From contig CASCZI010000001.1 in NCBI GenBank assembly GCA_949156565.1, positions 33,908 through 97,907 of the forward strand: a DNA stretch of 64,000 nucleotides. The letters are read 5' to 3'. The translations under genes and the position numbers were made by a program. This DNA comes from an uncultured Alphaproteobacteria bacterium (GTDB lineage: Bacteria > Pseudomonadota > Alphaproteobacteria > Rs-D84). The notes beneath the pieces are model-generated. The model made no database searches and was not told the origin of the DNA. It saw only the letters and a list, made by a program, of their open reading frames with translations. Positions 1-10,139 of this stretch are shown one piece after another (the first letter of the stretch is position 1; each line of letters begins with the position of its first letter).

Positions 1-2
1 AT

Positions 3-866
3 TTAATATTGCGTTTCCCGCAGGTTAAAGTGATACAAAATCACATTCGAAACATAAATACTGGTTGCGGTCCCCATCACAATCGCAAAGGTCATGGCAA
101 TCGCAAATTCTTGCAACATGCCCCCCCCAAAGATATAGAGCCCCACCATCGCCAAGATGGTCGATACACTGGTCATGATGGTGCGACGCAACATTTCATT
201 AATCGATAGGTCGATCAGTTGGGTCATCGGCATTTTGTGATATTTTTTGATATTTTCATCAATCCGGTCATAATTAACAACCTTGTCATTAATGGAATAA
301 CCGATCCCCATCAAGATAACCGCAATCGACGTTTGATTAAATTCCAAACCCATCACCGAAAAGAATCCGAACATCAATATAAAATCCAGAACCAATGACA
401 CAAACGATCCCACGGCATAGCCCCCACGATATCTGATCCAGATATAAACACTCATTAACACAAAGGAAACCAAAATCGCCAAAATTCCCCCGCGAACCAA
501 TTCACTGCCAATTTTGGGACCCACGATTTGCACCTGGGAATACGTTACATTATCACCCAAGATATTTTTAATTTCGCGGACACGATCATTTTGTTCTTGA
601 TTGGTCGCCCCCTTGGGCAAACCGACACGCACCAAAATCGAATTCCCGTCCACGGTTTGCAATTCCGGACTAAACGGTGCCAATACGGTCCGCATCTTAT
701 CAATTGTGTATTCGGGCGTTTGGGGCGTCACCTCCATCGAAATACCGCCGGCAAAATCAATCCCATAATTTAACCCCCGTGTCGATAATGAAATAATCGA
801 CAACGCCACCAATATTCCCGAAACCCAATACGAGAGTTTCCGATATTTCATAAAATGCAATTTCAT
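3..866 (-). CDS. secF: Protein translocase subunit SecF
   Basis: GLNYGIDFAGG, VGPKIGSEL, GYSINDKVVNYDRIDEN motifs; AGGAG RBS before ATG 866; follows secD. Confidence 0.95.
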   Translation of the reverse strand: MKLHFMKYRKLSYWVSGILVALSIISLSTRGLNYGIDFAGGISMEVTPQTPEYTIDKMRTVLAPFSPELQTVDGNSILVRVGLPKGATNQEQNDRVREIKNILGDNVTYSQVQIVGPKIGSELVRGGILAILVSFVLMSVYIWIRYRGGYAVGSFVSLVLDFILMFGFFSVMGLEFNQTSIAVILMGIGYSINDKVVNYDRIDENIKKYHKMPMTQLIDLSINEMLRRTIMTSVSTILAMVGLYIFGGGMLQEFAIAMTFAIVMGTATSIYVSNVILYHFNLRETQY

Positions 867-894
867 AACAAACTCCTTACACAATGACCATGAT

Positions 895-2448
895 CTATCT
901 GATATAACTAATCTTTTTATTTTTACCGTTCATGTACCAATCAATCATCACACGCGACAACATCAAACATGTAAATAATGTTGTTGCCACCCCAATTGAC
1001 AATGTCACGGCAAATCCACGGATCGGCCCGGCACCAAATTGGAACAAAATCAACGAACAAATCAGATTGGTTAAATTCCCATCCATAACCGTTTTGGTTG
1101 ATCGGTGAAATCCATTATCAACCGCACGTAACGTGGGGGCACCCGCGCGCACTTCGTCCCGAATCCGTTCAAAGGGCAAGATATTGGCATCCACCGCCAT
1201 CCCCAGTGTCAAGACAATACCCGCAATCCCCGGTAATGTTAGTGTCGCCCCAAACAATGCCGACACGCCGATAATCATTGCCAAATTAACCAATAAAACA
1301 ATATCTGCAATAACGCCAAAGGTCCGGTAAAGCATAATCATAAAGATCATGACAAATAACACACCGACCGCGGATCCAATCTTACCCGATGCGATGGTAT
1401 CCGCCCCCAAACCCGCACCCACCGTACGTTCTTCAATCACCGACAATGGTGCCGGCAATGCCCCAGAACGCAACAAGACGGCCAAATCTTTGGCCCCTTG
1501 GACCGTAAATCCCCCAGAAATCTGGCCACGACCACCGGGGATGGGTTCACGAATGGCGGGCGCGGACAAAACACGCCCATCCAATACAATGGCAAATCTT
1601 TCCCCAACATGTTCTGTGGTTAAACGCGCAAACTTTCGCGCCCCGGTTGCATCAAACACCGTGGTGACCACCGGCATGTTATTTTGATCAAAATCAGCCT
1701 GGGAATCTTTTAATGTTTCACCCGATACTTCTATCCGGGAATACACAGGAACCATTTGATCCGGCGCATCCATGTATGGCATCAATTCTGTACCGGCCGG
1801 CGCACGCCCGGCCGCCATTTGGTCGGGGGATATATTTTCATTAACCAAATGAAACGTCATTTTTGCCGTTTGACCAATCAATTCCTTGATATGTTCGGGA
1901 TTATCAACCCCGGGCAATTGAATTAAAATGTATTTTCCACCCTGGGACTGAATTGATGGTTCCTTGGTCCCCAATGCATCAATACGCCGACGAACGATTT
2001 CAATACTGCGGGTTAATGCATCATCCACCATATCGGCCTTTTGACGATCCGAATACGACAATGTGATTGTCCGACCCTGAGATTGGATATCGACACTGTT
2101 GCCCAATACCGCCTTTAACCGGCCCTTGGCACGCGATACATCATCATCGTCACGCACCGCAAACGATACCACACCATCAACATGGCGCAAATTTGAAAAC
2201 CGGATAACCCCCTTGTCACGATCGATCAAGACACTGCGTACTTCGTCGTACAATTGCGCGGACTTTTCGGCGAACATGGTTTTTGTATCCACTTCCAACA
2301 ACAATTGCGCCCCACCTTTTAGATCCAGACCCAACGGGATCGGCCGAATCCAGGATGGAAAATACGACGCCAATCGTGGCGATATTGTTGGAACCGCCAA
2401 CAACACCCCAAAGACCGCAATAAACACAATGGCCAACTTCTTAAACAT
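895..2448 (-). CDS. secD: Protein translocase subunit SecD
   Basis: LGLDLKGG, RRRIDALGTKEP, LRSGALPAP, GMAVDANIL motifs. Confidence 0.97.
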   Translation of the reverse strand: MFKKLAIVFIAVFGVLLAVPTISPRLASYFPSWIRPIPLGLDLKGGAQLLLEVDTKTMFAEKSAQLYDEVRSVLIDRDKGVIRFSNLRHVDGVVSFAVRDDDDVSRAKGRLKAVLGNSVDIQSQGRTITLSYSDRQKADMVDDALTRSIEIVRRRIDALGTKEPSIQSQGGKYILIQLPGVDNPEHIKELIGQTAKMTFHLVNENISPDQMAAGRAPAGTELMPYMDAPDQMVPVYSRIEVSGETLKDSQADFDQNNMPVVTTVFDATGARKFARLTTEHVGERFAIVLDGRVLSAPAIREPIPGGRGQISGGFTVQGAKDLAVLLRSGALPAPLSVIEERTVGAGLGADTIASGKIGSAVGVLFVMIFMIMLYRTFGVIADIVLLVNLAMIIGVSALFGATLTLPGIAGIVLTLGMAVDANILPFERIRDEVRAGAPTLRAVDNGFHRSTKTVMDGNLTNLICSLILFQFGAGPIRGFAVTLSIGVATTLFTCLMLSRVMIDWYMNGKNKKISYIR

Positions 2449-2477
2449 CTTTATCCCTTTTTTCTGCGCTTAAACTT

Positions 2478-2789
2478 TTATTCTGCTACACCCGCGACGG
2501 CGGTTTTTGCCACCTCTATGACGACATTGGGGGCGATTTCGAGTTCAATGGATTTATCACCAATTTTTTTAATCGTTCCGTAAATACCCGCCGCCATAAC
2601 GCGATTACCCACGCGCAGTGATTCAAGCATTTTTTGATATTCGGCCATGCGTCGCCGCTGTGGACGAACCATAAAAACATATAAAATCCCCAATACCAAT
2701 ATGCAATAACCCACTGTAAACCAAATATTCCCAGTGGCCGCACCCGATGTTAAACCATCAATTGTGGGGGCAACAATTTCGCTGTTCAC
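2478..2789 (-). CDS. yajC: Preprotein translocase subunit YajC
   Basis: TM helix then RPQRRR...L.VGNRV..AGIYG; AGGAG RBS; upstream of secD. Confidence 0.92.
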   Translation of the reverse strand: MNSEIVAPTIDGLTSGAATGNIWFTVGYCILVLGILYVFMVRPQRRRMAEYQKMLESLRVGNRVMAAGIYGTIKKIGDKSIELEIAPNVVIEVAKTAVAGVAE

Positions 2790-2871
2790 GATAAACTCCT
2801 TAACTTCTTATACTTTCATGGATTTAGCGTAGTAAAATTTCACACTTATGTAAAGAAAATATTGTCGCGCC

Positions 2872-4644
2872 CTATATCCGTTCAAACAACGCATCCAACC
2901 GGTCCAGCGCGATAATCTTGTACACCGGACGCCCATGATTACATTGCGCGGCGCGGGGTGTTGATTCAATATCGCGCAGCAATGCATCCATCTGGGCGCG
3001 ATCTAATTTCTGGCCGGCACGCACCGAATGATGACAGGCATAATTTGCCAATTTTAAATGCAACCGTTCATTTAATTGTGATGAATGACCGGTACCACGC
3101 ACCTCATCGGCAATGACACGTAATAAATCCGACCAATTTAATTCCCAATCGGCGGGACGGGAAAAAATCGCAATGGACGCATCCCCAAATGCATCGATGT
3201 GTAATCCGACCGCACGCATGTCATCCGCAACGGTCAAAACCGCTGTCACATCTTCGGCACGCATATCCACAATCACCGGTGTTAAAAAGGGTTGGGTTCG
3301 GATGGTTCGCGTTCGCATCCGTTCATATGTAATCCGTTCATGGGCCGCATGTTGATCCACAATGACCAGACCCGATGCACATTCGGCCAAAATATATTTA
3401 TTTCCCAATTGCCCAATGACATGCCCCAACGGATGTGTATCCAACGGCGCATCCACGGGGTGTGATGCCGAATTGACCCCAATATCCGCCATGACCCGAC
3501 GCACCGCCCCGTTAAAGATATCATCATTGCCTTTTGGATCAGGACTATGCACGGCCAATGGTTGTTCCATGCGTGGAATATCAAAATTCTGTTGAATGTG
3601 TGAAACCCTGTATGCGGCCAAATCTGGCATATTCGGGATTTTTGTTGCCCCAAATGTTGGGGATACCGTATCCATGGTTTTGGCCAACACATCACGCAAC
3701 GCACGAATAATAAAGGCCCGGATATGACCCGGTTCTAAAAAATGCACCTCTGTCTTGGATGGGGATACATTGACATCAACATGCCGCGGATCAAGTTCCA
3801 GATACAACGCACACAACGGAAATTCCCGCGCATGCATCACATCCATATATGCCGCCCGCAATGCCCCAACCAAAACCTTGTCCTTAACCGAACGCCCATT
3901 GACAAACAGATATTGATCCACACTGGATGCGCGACGTAATGTTGGTTCTGAAATTAATCCATGTAATCGCAATCCATCACTTGATGATGATGTTACGTCA
4001 ACATCACGCATGCGACCCGCCACATCTGAACCCATCACGGCGACGATACGATCGGCCCTATCCTGATTCTTGGGGAATCGCCATTTGTTATTTAATGTAA
4101 ATCCAACATCCGGACGCGACATAGCCAAACGCTTTACCACATCAACAATCGACATTAATTCCGCGCGATCCCCGCGCAAGAACTTTAACCGTGCGGGTGT
4201 TTTCCCAAACAGATTTTGTACCCGTATCCGTGTCCCGGTGTCCCAATCACTGGGACGTATATCCATCGTATTGCAATTTAAACACCATCCATGCGGTGCA
4301 TCACGATGACATGTATCGATGGACATATCGGCCACAGACGCAATGGACGGTAACGCTTCGCCCCGAAATCCCATAAATGAAATATTCAATAAATCATCAT
4401 CTGGCAATTTTGATGTCGCATGGCGTGTGACACATTTGGCCAAATCATCGGGGGTCATGCCTGCGCCATTATCAATAACACAAATCATGGTTCGACCGCC
4501 ATCGGCCACATCAATTGTAATTTGATCGGCCCCCGCATCCAATGCGTTTTCCACCAATTCTTTGACAACCGACGCAGGACGTTCAACCACTTCGCCGGCG
4601 GCAATCTGATTAACCAGATAATCGGGTAAAATGCGAACAGACAT
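2872..4644 (-). CDS. mutL: DNA mismatch repair protein MutL
   Basis: NQIAAGEVVERP, GFRGEAL, DQHAAHERITYE, CNHGRP. Confidence 0.97.
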   Translation of the reverse strand: MSVRILPDYLVNQIAAGEVVERPASVVKELVENALDAGADQITIDVADGGRTMICVIDNGAGMTPDDLAKCVTRHATSKLPDDDLLNISFMGFRGEALPSIASVADMSIDTCHRDAPHGWCLNCNTMDIRPSDWDTGTRIRVQNLFGKTPARLKFLRGDRAELMSIVDVVKRLAMSRPDVGFTLNNKWRFPKNQDRADRIVAVMGSDVAGRMRDVDVTSSSSDGLRLHGLISEPTLRRASSVDQYLFVNGRSVKDKVLVGALRAAYMDVMHAREFPLCALYLELDPRHVDVNVSPSKTEVHFLEPGHIRAFIIRALRDVLAKTMDTVSPTFGATKIPNMPDLAAYRVSHIQQNFDIPRMEQPLAVHSPDPKGNDDIFNGAVRRVMADIGVNSASHPVDAPLDTHPLGHVIGQLGNKYILAECASGLVIVDQHAAHERITYERMRTRTIRTQPFLTPVIVDMRAEDVTAVLTVADDMRAVGLHIDAFGDASIAIFSRPADWELNWSDLLRVIADEVRGTGHSSQLNERLHLKLANYACHHSVRAGQKLDRAQMDALLRDIESTPRAAQCNHGRPVYKIIALDRLDALFERI

Positions 4645-4648
4645 GAAT

Positions 4649-5155
4649 TTAATCTTTGAATTTCACATCTAATATTTCGTATTCTCTTTCGCCAGAAGGC
4701 AACCGTACCACACACGTGTCACCCACACATTTACCGATCAAGGCCCGGCCCACCGGGGATGTACATGAAATCACGGTGCGCCCATCGGATTCAATATCTG
4801 ATAAAATCCGACACTGCATCCGATTTCCTTCGTCGTCTTCAAGATCGACCCGCGCCCCAAATACCACGCGATTGCCAGACAAACTGTCTATGTCAATTAC
4901 CGACGCGTTTTCAATCACCCCTTCGATAAAGGCAATTCGTTTATCGATTTGGCGTTGTTTTTCTTTGGCGGCACTGTAATCAGCGTTTTCGGATAAATCA
5001 CCCAATGACCGCGCCCACTGCACAGTCTTAAGGATGTCTGGGCGTTGTACCTCTTTTAAATCCTTTAATTCTTTGACCAACGCGTCAAAACCGGCGCGTG
5101 AAATGGGTCTTTTCTCCATATCTATCGTCCTTTGATCTTTTCCCATAGTATTCAT
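4649..5155 (-). CDS. greA: Transcription elongation factor GreA
   Basis: GDLSENADY and SPVGRALIG motifs. Confidence 0.93.
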   Translation of the reverse strand: MNTMGKDQRTIDMEKRPISRAGFDALVKELKDLKEVQRPDILKTVQWARSLGDLSENADYSAAKEKQRQIDKRIAFIEGVIENASVIDIDSLSGNRVVFGARVDLEDDEGNRMQCRILSDIESDGRTVISCTSPVGRALIGKCVGDTCVVRLPSGEREYEILDVKFKD

Positions 5156-5201
5156 TTTAATTTTGCAATTGTCAATTCAACAGGTTATACTTTTATACAT
5201 T

Positions 5202-6260
5202 ATGTTTATATCAAAGATTTTATTCCGATTTTTACTGCGCCGATTTTTTTCGGGCGTGGGATTGGTTATGTTGGTTGTGTGCGGAATTATATTTGCCGTC
5301 ACGTTTGTTGAACGATTACCATCAAACGCAACGGCCGTCGCCGCCATTGCCGATGCATGGATGCGATTATTGGAATACGTCCCCCTATTTTTGCCACCGG
5401 CGGTGTTTATGGGCACATTGTTGGCGTCATACAACCTAACAAAATCATCAGAAATGATCATTGTATCCAGTGCGGGTCTATCCCCGTATCAGGCGGCGCG
5501 CCCCTTTTTATTTGGGGCCGCATTGATTGGTATTTTTGCAACGACGGTTATTAACCCCTATTCTGTTGATTTACGCACCCAAAATCTAACCCACAGTCAA
5601 TTAAAGTTGGTTGATGATGCCATATGGTTGCGGGATAAAAATGACCATGGATTTATCACGATGCAGGCGCGCGGCATGCACATGGCGCAAAACGATTTGG
5701 TTTTTCATGATGTCTTGATCCTGGCCCAGGATCCGTCTTTTCGATTAACCCAACGGGTGATGGCCGATACAATACAATTGGGTGCGGATGGATTACAAAC
5801 ACATCAGGCCAATATATGGGATGCCCAAGGCGTTAAAACAACCGGCCCATTTCACGCGTCCACATCGCTAACGGCGCAAACGGTTCTTGATCGATATATG
5901 CAACCAGATCAGATTTCGTTTTGGCAATTGCCGTCATTTATCCATAAAATGGAATCCGTGGGTGTTCCCATGCGCGGCCATTGGGTTCAGTTTTGGACAC
6001 TCTTGTTTTTGCCTTTGACCATGATTGCGATGGCCACATTGGGCATTGCCTTTTCCCAAACCAAACAACGCCGTAATTATAGCTTTGGTGTGAAATTTAG
6101 TTTGGGGGTCGTCACCTGCTTTGCGGTGTATTTTCTAACCAATATGTTCAGTGCCCTGGGCGCGACCGGCGTGTTACCCGCGGTATTGGCGATTGTCGCA
6201 CCACCTTTGATTATTATTGCGGGGGCCGGTGTTTTTATGGCAACATTTGATACCATATAA
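5202..6260 (+). CDS. lptG: LptF/LptG family LPS export permease (LptG-like)
   Basis: 3 TM, SEMIIVSSAGLS, periplasmic domain with IWLRD, 3 TM; ATG 5202 preferred. Confidence 0.75.
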   Translation: MFISKILFRFLLRRFFSGVGLVMLVVCGIIFAVTFVERLPSNATAVAAIADAWMRLLEYVPLFLPPAVFMGTLLASYNLTKSSEMIIVSSAGLSPYQAARPFLFGAALIGIFATTVINPYSVDLRTQNLTHSQLKLVDDAIWLRDKNDHGFITMQARGMHMAQNDLVFHDVLILAQDPSFRLTQRVMADTIQLGADGLQTHQANIWDAQGVKTTGPFHASTSLTAQTVLDRYMQPDQISFWQLPSFIHKMESVGVPMRGHWVQFWTLLFLPLTMIAMATLGIAFSQTKQRRNYSFGVKFSLGVVTCFAVYFLTNMFSALGATGVLPAVLAIVAPPLIIIAGAGVFMATFDTI

Positions 6261-6295
6261 TATGATCATTAATTATTAACCGAAGGAAACATACC

Positions 6296-6427
6296 ATGCC
6301 AATTAAAAAGAAAAATACCATGCGTCATCGGATCATTATATGGGCATTGATTATAACGGTGGTGGTGTTAATGCTGATTTCATTTTCTCCGGTTCAACAA
6401 GTTACCGAAATCGTTTTGTATCCATGA
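6296..6427 (+). CDS. Small 43-aa single-TM protein (not in ORF track)
   Basis: AAGGA RBS; MPIKKKNTMRHRIIIWALIITVVVLMLISFSPVQQVTEIVLYP*; TGA overlaps the xerD ATG (ATGA). Confidence 0.7.
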   Translation: MPIKKKNTMRHRIIIWALIITVVVLMLISFSPVQQVTEIVLYP

Positions 6428-7284
6428 ATTATATCGATATTTTTTTAGAGGCGTTGGCCGCCGAACGTGGGCGCAGTAAAAATACGATCGCGGCATATGG
6501 TCGGGATCTGCGTGCGGCCACAGATGCGTTGGGCGATTTAACATATGCCGACGAAACGATGATTAGCACCTATATAAATAATCTTGATGCTACGCCGGCC
6601 ACCATTTCCCGCAAGATCAGTGCATTACGCACTTTTTTCAAATTTTTGATGTTGGAAAAGATTATTGATAAAAATCCCACCATTGGGATAGAGGTACCAC
6701 ATTCATCGCGTCATTTACCCAAATTATTAACACCCGATGAAATCAATTTGCTGATTTCATCGGCCGGCGACGTACGCCACGCCACACGGTTGCGTGCCAT
6801 GATTGAATTAACCTATGCGTCGGGATTACGTGTATCGGAACTTTGCGAATTACGGGCATCGGCGGTATTAAAAGATAAATTATTAATTCACGGCAAGGGT
6901 GCCAAAGAACGTCTGGTCCCCATGCATGCAGGGGCGGTGGATGCATTAAATCGTTGGATGGAAATGGCCGATATTGACCCATCAACAAATGCCTATGTTT
7001 TTGCATCGGGGGGGGCGTCGGGCCATATTACACGTGATGGATTTTTTAAAATCCTAAAGAAATGTGCGATTCTGGCCGGGATTAATCCCAAAAGGGTCAG
7101 TCCGCACGTCCTACGCCATTCGTTTGCATCGCATCTGTTGGTGGGGGGCGCCCATTTACGGGCAATACAAACGATGCTTGGGCATGAAGATATTTCAACA
7201 ACACAAATTTATACCCACGTCATGCCTGAACGATTAATTGAAACGGTACAGGAACACCATCCCTTGGCCAAGGAGGTATTTTAA
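6424..7284 (+). CDS. xerD: Tyrosine recombinase XerD-like
   Basis: YASGLRVSEL, GKGAKERLVP, SPHVLRHSFASH, LGHEDISTTQIYTH. Confidence 0.88.
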   Translation: MNYIDIFLEALAAERGRSKNTIAAYGRDLRAATDALGDLTYADETMISTYINNLDATPATISRKISALRTFFKFLMLEKIIDKNPTIGIEVPHSSRHLPKLLTPDEINLLISSAGDVRHATRLRAMIELTYASGLRVSELCELRASAVLKDKLLIHGKGAKERLVPMHAGAVDALNRWMEMADIDPSTNAYVFASGGASGHITRDGFFKILKKCAILAGINPKRVSPHVLRHSFASHLLVGGAHLRAIQTMLGHEDISTTQIYTHVMPERLIETVQEHHPLAKEVF

Positions 7285-7286
7285 CC

Positions 7287-7790
7287 ATGATCAAAAAATG
7301 TGACCATCCCGGATGCCCAAAGGCCGGAACATGCCGGGCGCCAAAAAATCGTGAACTGCGCGATTACTGGTTTTTCTGCCAGGAACATGCCGCCGAATAC
7401 AATAAAAATTGGAATTATTACGCGAATATGTCCCCCCAAGAAATTAACGCAGAATGGGAACGGGAAACATTTGGCACGGCGGATGTGGATCGCCAACAAA
7501 AAAATCATGATGCCCGGGACTATGCCAAATTTATTGATGACTTTTTATCGGGACGTGATCGTTTTGACCAATTGGGGAAAAATCGCCCTGCGCCATCGCC
7601 AACGGTTATGGGTGCATTGAAATTATTCGATCTGAACGTGACGGTTGGTTTACGCGAAATCAGTGCACGATACCGTAAATTGGCGAAAAAATATCATCCA
7701 GATACCGGTGGCACCACATCCGATGCCGAAAAATTTGCCAAGATTTCCGCCGCATACGACATATTAAAGAAGCATTTTGGAAAAAAATAA
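7287..7790 (+). CDS. DnaJ-domain protein (alphaproteobacterial type)
   Basis: N-terminal CDHPGC...FCQEHAAEYNKNWNYY; C-terminal J domain with YHPD. Confidence 0.88.
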   Translation: MIKKCDHPGCPKAGTCRAPKNRELRDYWFFCQEHAAEYNKNWNYYANMSPQEINAEWERETFGTADVDRQQKNHDARDYAKFIDDFLSGRDRFDQLGKNRPAPSPTVMGALKLFDLNVTVGLREISARYRKLAKKYHPDTGGTTSDAEKFAKISAAYDILKKHFGKK

Positions 7791-7851
7791 CTGGAAAAAA
7801 AACGTCCAAAATGTAAGAATTAAATCACATCGGTCTTATCGATGTGTGGCG

Positions 7852-7981
7852 TAGTGGCCGTTAAAGGTAAATAACCCCAACCAATTCTGGTCGGGCGTGC
7901 GTCGGATTTTTCCAGACGTATGATATTGTTGAAAAACATTCACACCTTTATATGTCGCCATCAATGAACGCCGTCGGCCAC
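7852..7981 (+). ncRNA. Candidate structured RNA, copy 1 (unassigned family)
   Basis: TAGTGGCCGTTAAAGGTAAA matches 55406-55425 at 19/20; stems GTGGCCG/CGGCCAC and TAAAGGT/ACCTTTA enclose inner hairpins. Confidence 0.4.
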
Positions 7982-8026
7982 AAATGGCGGTGTATTTGGC
8001 CAACCATAAAAGAGGGAGAAAGAAAC

Positions 8027-8263
8027 ATGGTCACACTAATCGATGCACATTATTATGGAAATGAATTGCGACGGGCCCGTAAAAGCGCGCGCCTTAACCT
8101 TAGCGAAACGGCAAATATTCTAAATATTGATCGTCGCGATTTGTTGCGATTCGAAGTGGGGACCAAAATTCTGCCCCCGGCGGTATTACATCGCTTGTTT
8201 CATTTTGGGTTGGTGACCATATACACGCGTCACAAACAACACACAGAAAAAAACGGTATTTAG
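8027..8263 (+). CDS. XRE-family helix-turn-helix protein
   Basis: GNELRRARKSARLNLSETANILNIDRRDLLRFEVG; GAGGGAG RBS. Confidence 0.75.
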   Translation: MVTLIDAHYYGNELRRARKSARLNLSETANILNIDRRDLLRFEVGTKILPPAVLHRLFHFGLVTIYTRHKQHTEKNGI

Positions 8264-8275
8264 AAATATCAAAAT

Positions 8276-8299
8276 TTTCGGGGGACATATCCCCCGAAA
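8276..8299. terminator. Hairpin between convergent genes
   Basis: TTTCGGGGGA-cata-TCCCCCGAAA. Confidence 0.7.
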
Positions 8300-8328
8300 T
8301 TCATTTCATACAAATTCGTTAAACCGTG

Positions 8329-9216
8329 CTATACCCCGCTTTGACGAAAACGCGGGGGGATGGAAACCACCCATTTTTGCCCCACCATGGATGGTTTTCC
8401 CCATGCATAAATCGGCCGCACAAGGGTTTGTATGCGGCGTGCCATCTTAATCGCGCGCATTCCGCGAACACGTCGATGGGTTACCGCATCAATTGTACCA
8501 TTGCCCCGTCGACGCAAATGGGCGACCCAATCGGGACCACGGGCCGCGGCCTTGGCCATCAACATATCCATATCTACCGCACCAAAATGCATCAGATAAA
8601 GGTTTTTATCAATATGAAAATTCTTGCCACGGATATGGTGGAACCCACTGCCCCAGCACAGGGGACGAAACATCACCACGGGTTTTGTATATCGTGTCGA
8701 AAGCAACGCATATCCCCGTTGGTCCAACAACGGACGCGATGGATCCAATTGCTTTTCCATATTCATATGTTGACCCACATCCAATCCCAAGCCCGACAAG
8801 GACGACATCCCCCGTTTGGCGGCCAATGATAAATAATCCCCCAATGTCATCCCTACCGCCGGATCTACAATTAAAAATTCATCTGTATCACACCCCACGA
8901 CAATATCGTAACCATCGTGAAATAAATCGGCGGCCAATTGAGATAACAACCCAATACGATATTTATCCCCCTTGGCACGGGTCATATCTGTGTGGGGTAT
9001 TTTTTTTATATGGGCCCGCCCCGCATTATCGGGGGCCACTTGGTCCATGCCATCAAGATAGATATAGAGATTTTCAGATCCAAATTGATCACCATAATAT
9101 TGAATCCAACGGTTCAAGAAAAATTCATCATTACGTGCCATGGTAATGGCGGCAATACGCATGGTTTCCGGCTTTTTTTGCGATTGTGTGGATGATGAAT
9201 GATGTGTGGTTGTCAT
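8329..9216 (-). CDS. GT2-like glycosyltransferase
   Basis: TMARNDEFFLNRWIQYY, DIVVGCDTDEFL, GSGFH. Confidence 0.8.
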   Translation of the reverse strand: MTTTHHSSSTQSQKKPETMRIAAITMARNDEFFLNRWIQYYGDQFGSENLYIYLDGMDQVAPDNAGRAHIKKIPHTDMTRAKGDKYRIGLLSQLAADLFHDGYDIVVGCDTDEFLIVDPAVGMTLGDYLSLAAKRGMSSLSGLGLDVGQHMNMEKQLDPSRPLLDQRGYALLSTRYTKPVVMFRPLCWGSGFHHIRGKNFHIDKNLYLMHFGAVDMDMLMAKAAARGPDWVAHLRRRGNGTIDAVTHRRVRGMRAIKMARRIQTLVRPIYAWGKPSMVGQKWVVSIPPRFRQSGV

Positions 9217-10067
9217 ATTCCCTCGATAAAAATTTTACGTATAAAATGTTTGACGTTACGATACCCAATTTTAAACGGATTTCGTGTAATAAACCATTTA
9301 TTAAACGCGATACCATAAATACGAATGGCATCACCCAAAATCGCATCACGCATTTGCGGGTCACATCGACGCAGTACATATGAAATCTGCCCCCCCAATG
9401 CCCCACATCGACGACGCCATGATAATTTCTTGATAAACGGCATACCGGCCCGATACAATCCCGCCACCCGGTTATAGGTGCCCCGCCCCCGCACATGATA
9501 AAGGCCGTCGGTTGTATACCCCGCCTGGCGCAATGTTTGGGTCAATCCGTTTTCATATCTGGCAATAACATCCCCTTTGGATGGCAATTTGGTAATCGAT
9601 GTCACAAATTCATCAAACCATGATGTATCAAAGACAGATGGCCGGAACCCCATAAACCAAGATTCGATATGGGGCCGGGAACGATGCACCTTATACGCCA
9701 TACCAAATGCATCTGTATCCAAACTTTCCATACGATCCAAGACGGGGCCGATATCATATAATGGCCCATAGACAGAATCGTTCACCAGGTACACAAAATC
9801 ATAATGGGTTAACCCCAAATTATCCCGTGCCCAGATGTATGCCCGTTTATACGATCCAAAATCATATTCGCCGTGTCGTTTGGCGTCCACATGACGGACA
9901 AAGGGGGCCAATTTCTTTAATTCTGAATCCGGGGCATCGTTATCCATAAACACCACCACATCACCGTGCTGGGCCAATGCCCGAACATACAAGATTAATG
10001 ACGCATCCACCGTGCCCAGACCCGTGGGATCATATGCCGCAACCAAGAATAAACGTTTTTTTGTCAT
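9213..10067 (-). CDS. Rhamnan synthesis F (RgpF)-like protein
   Basis: YDFGSYK, NDSVYGP, PHIESWF, YENGLTQ, MPFIKK motifs. Confidence 0.8.
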   Translation of the reverse strand: MTKKRLFLVAAYDPTGLGTVDASLILYVRALAQHGDVVVFMDNDAPDSELKKLAPFVRHVDAKRHGEYDFGSYKRAYIWARDNLGLTHYDFVYLVNDSVYGPLYDIGPVLDRMESLDTDAFGMAYKVHRSRPHIESWFMGFRPSVFDTSWFDEFVTSITKLPSKGDVIARYENGLTQTLRQAGYTTDGLYHVRGRGTYNRVAGLYRAGMPFIKKLSWRRRCGALGGQISYVLRRCDPQMRDAILGDAIRIYGIAFNKWFITRNPFKIGYRNVKHFIRKIFIEGI

Positions 10068-10096
10068 ATATTTACTATACCTGTTTTTTCTCTAAA

Positions 10097-10139
10097 AATA
10101 AATCATAAAACGCCCCAATGGGGCGTTTTATGATTTATT
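10097..10139. terminator. Long hairpin terminator downstream of typA
   Basis: Perfect 21-bp inverted repeat AATAAATCATAAAACGCCCCA-a-TGGGGCGTTTTATGATTTATT. Confidence 0.8.

Noticed and set aside
6424-7284. Tyrosine recombinase as a prophage or ICE integrase
   Set aside because: Size, motifs and housekeeping context fit XerD; no att sites or phage genes
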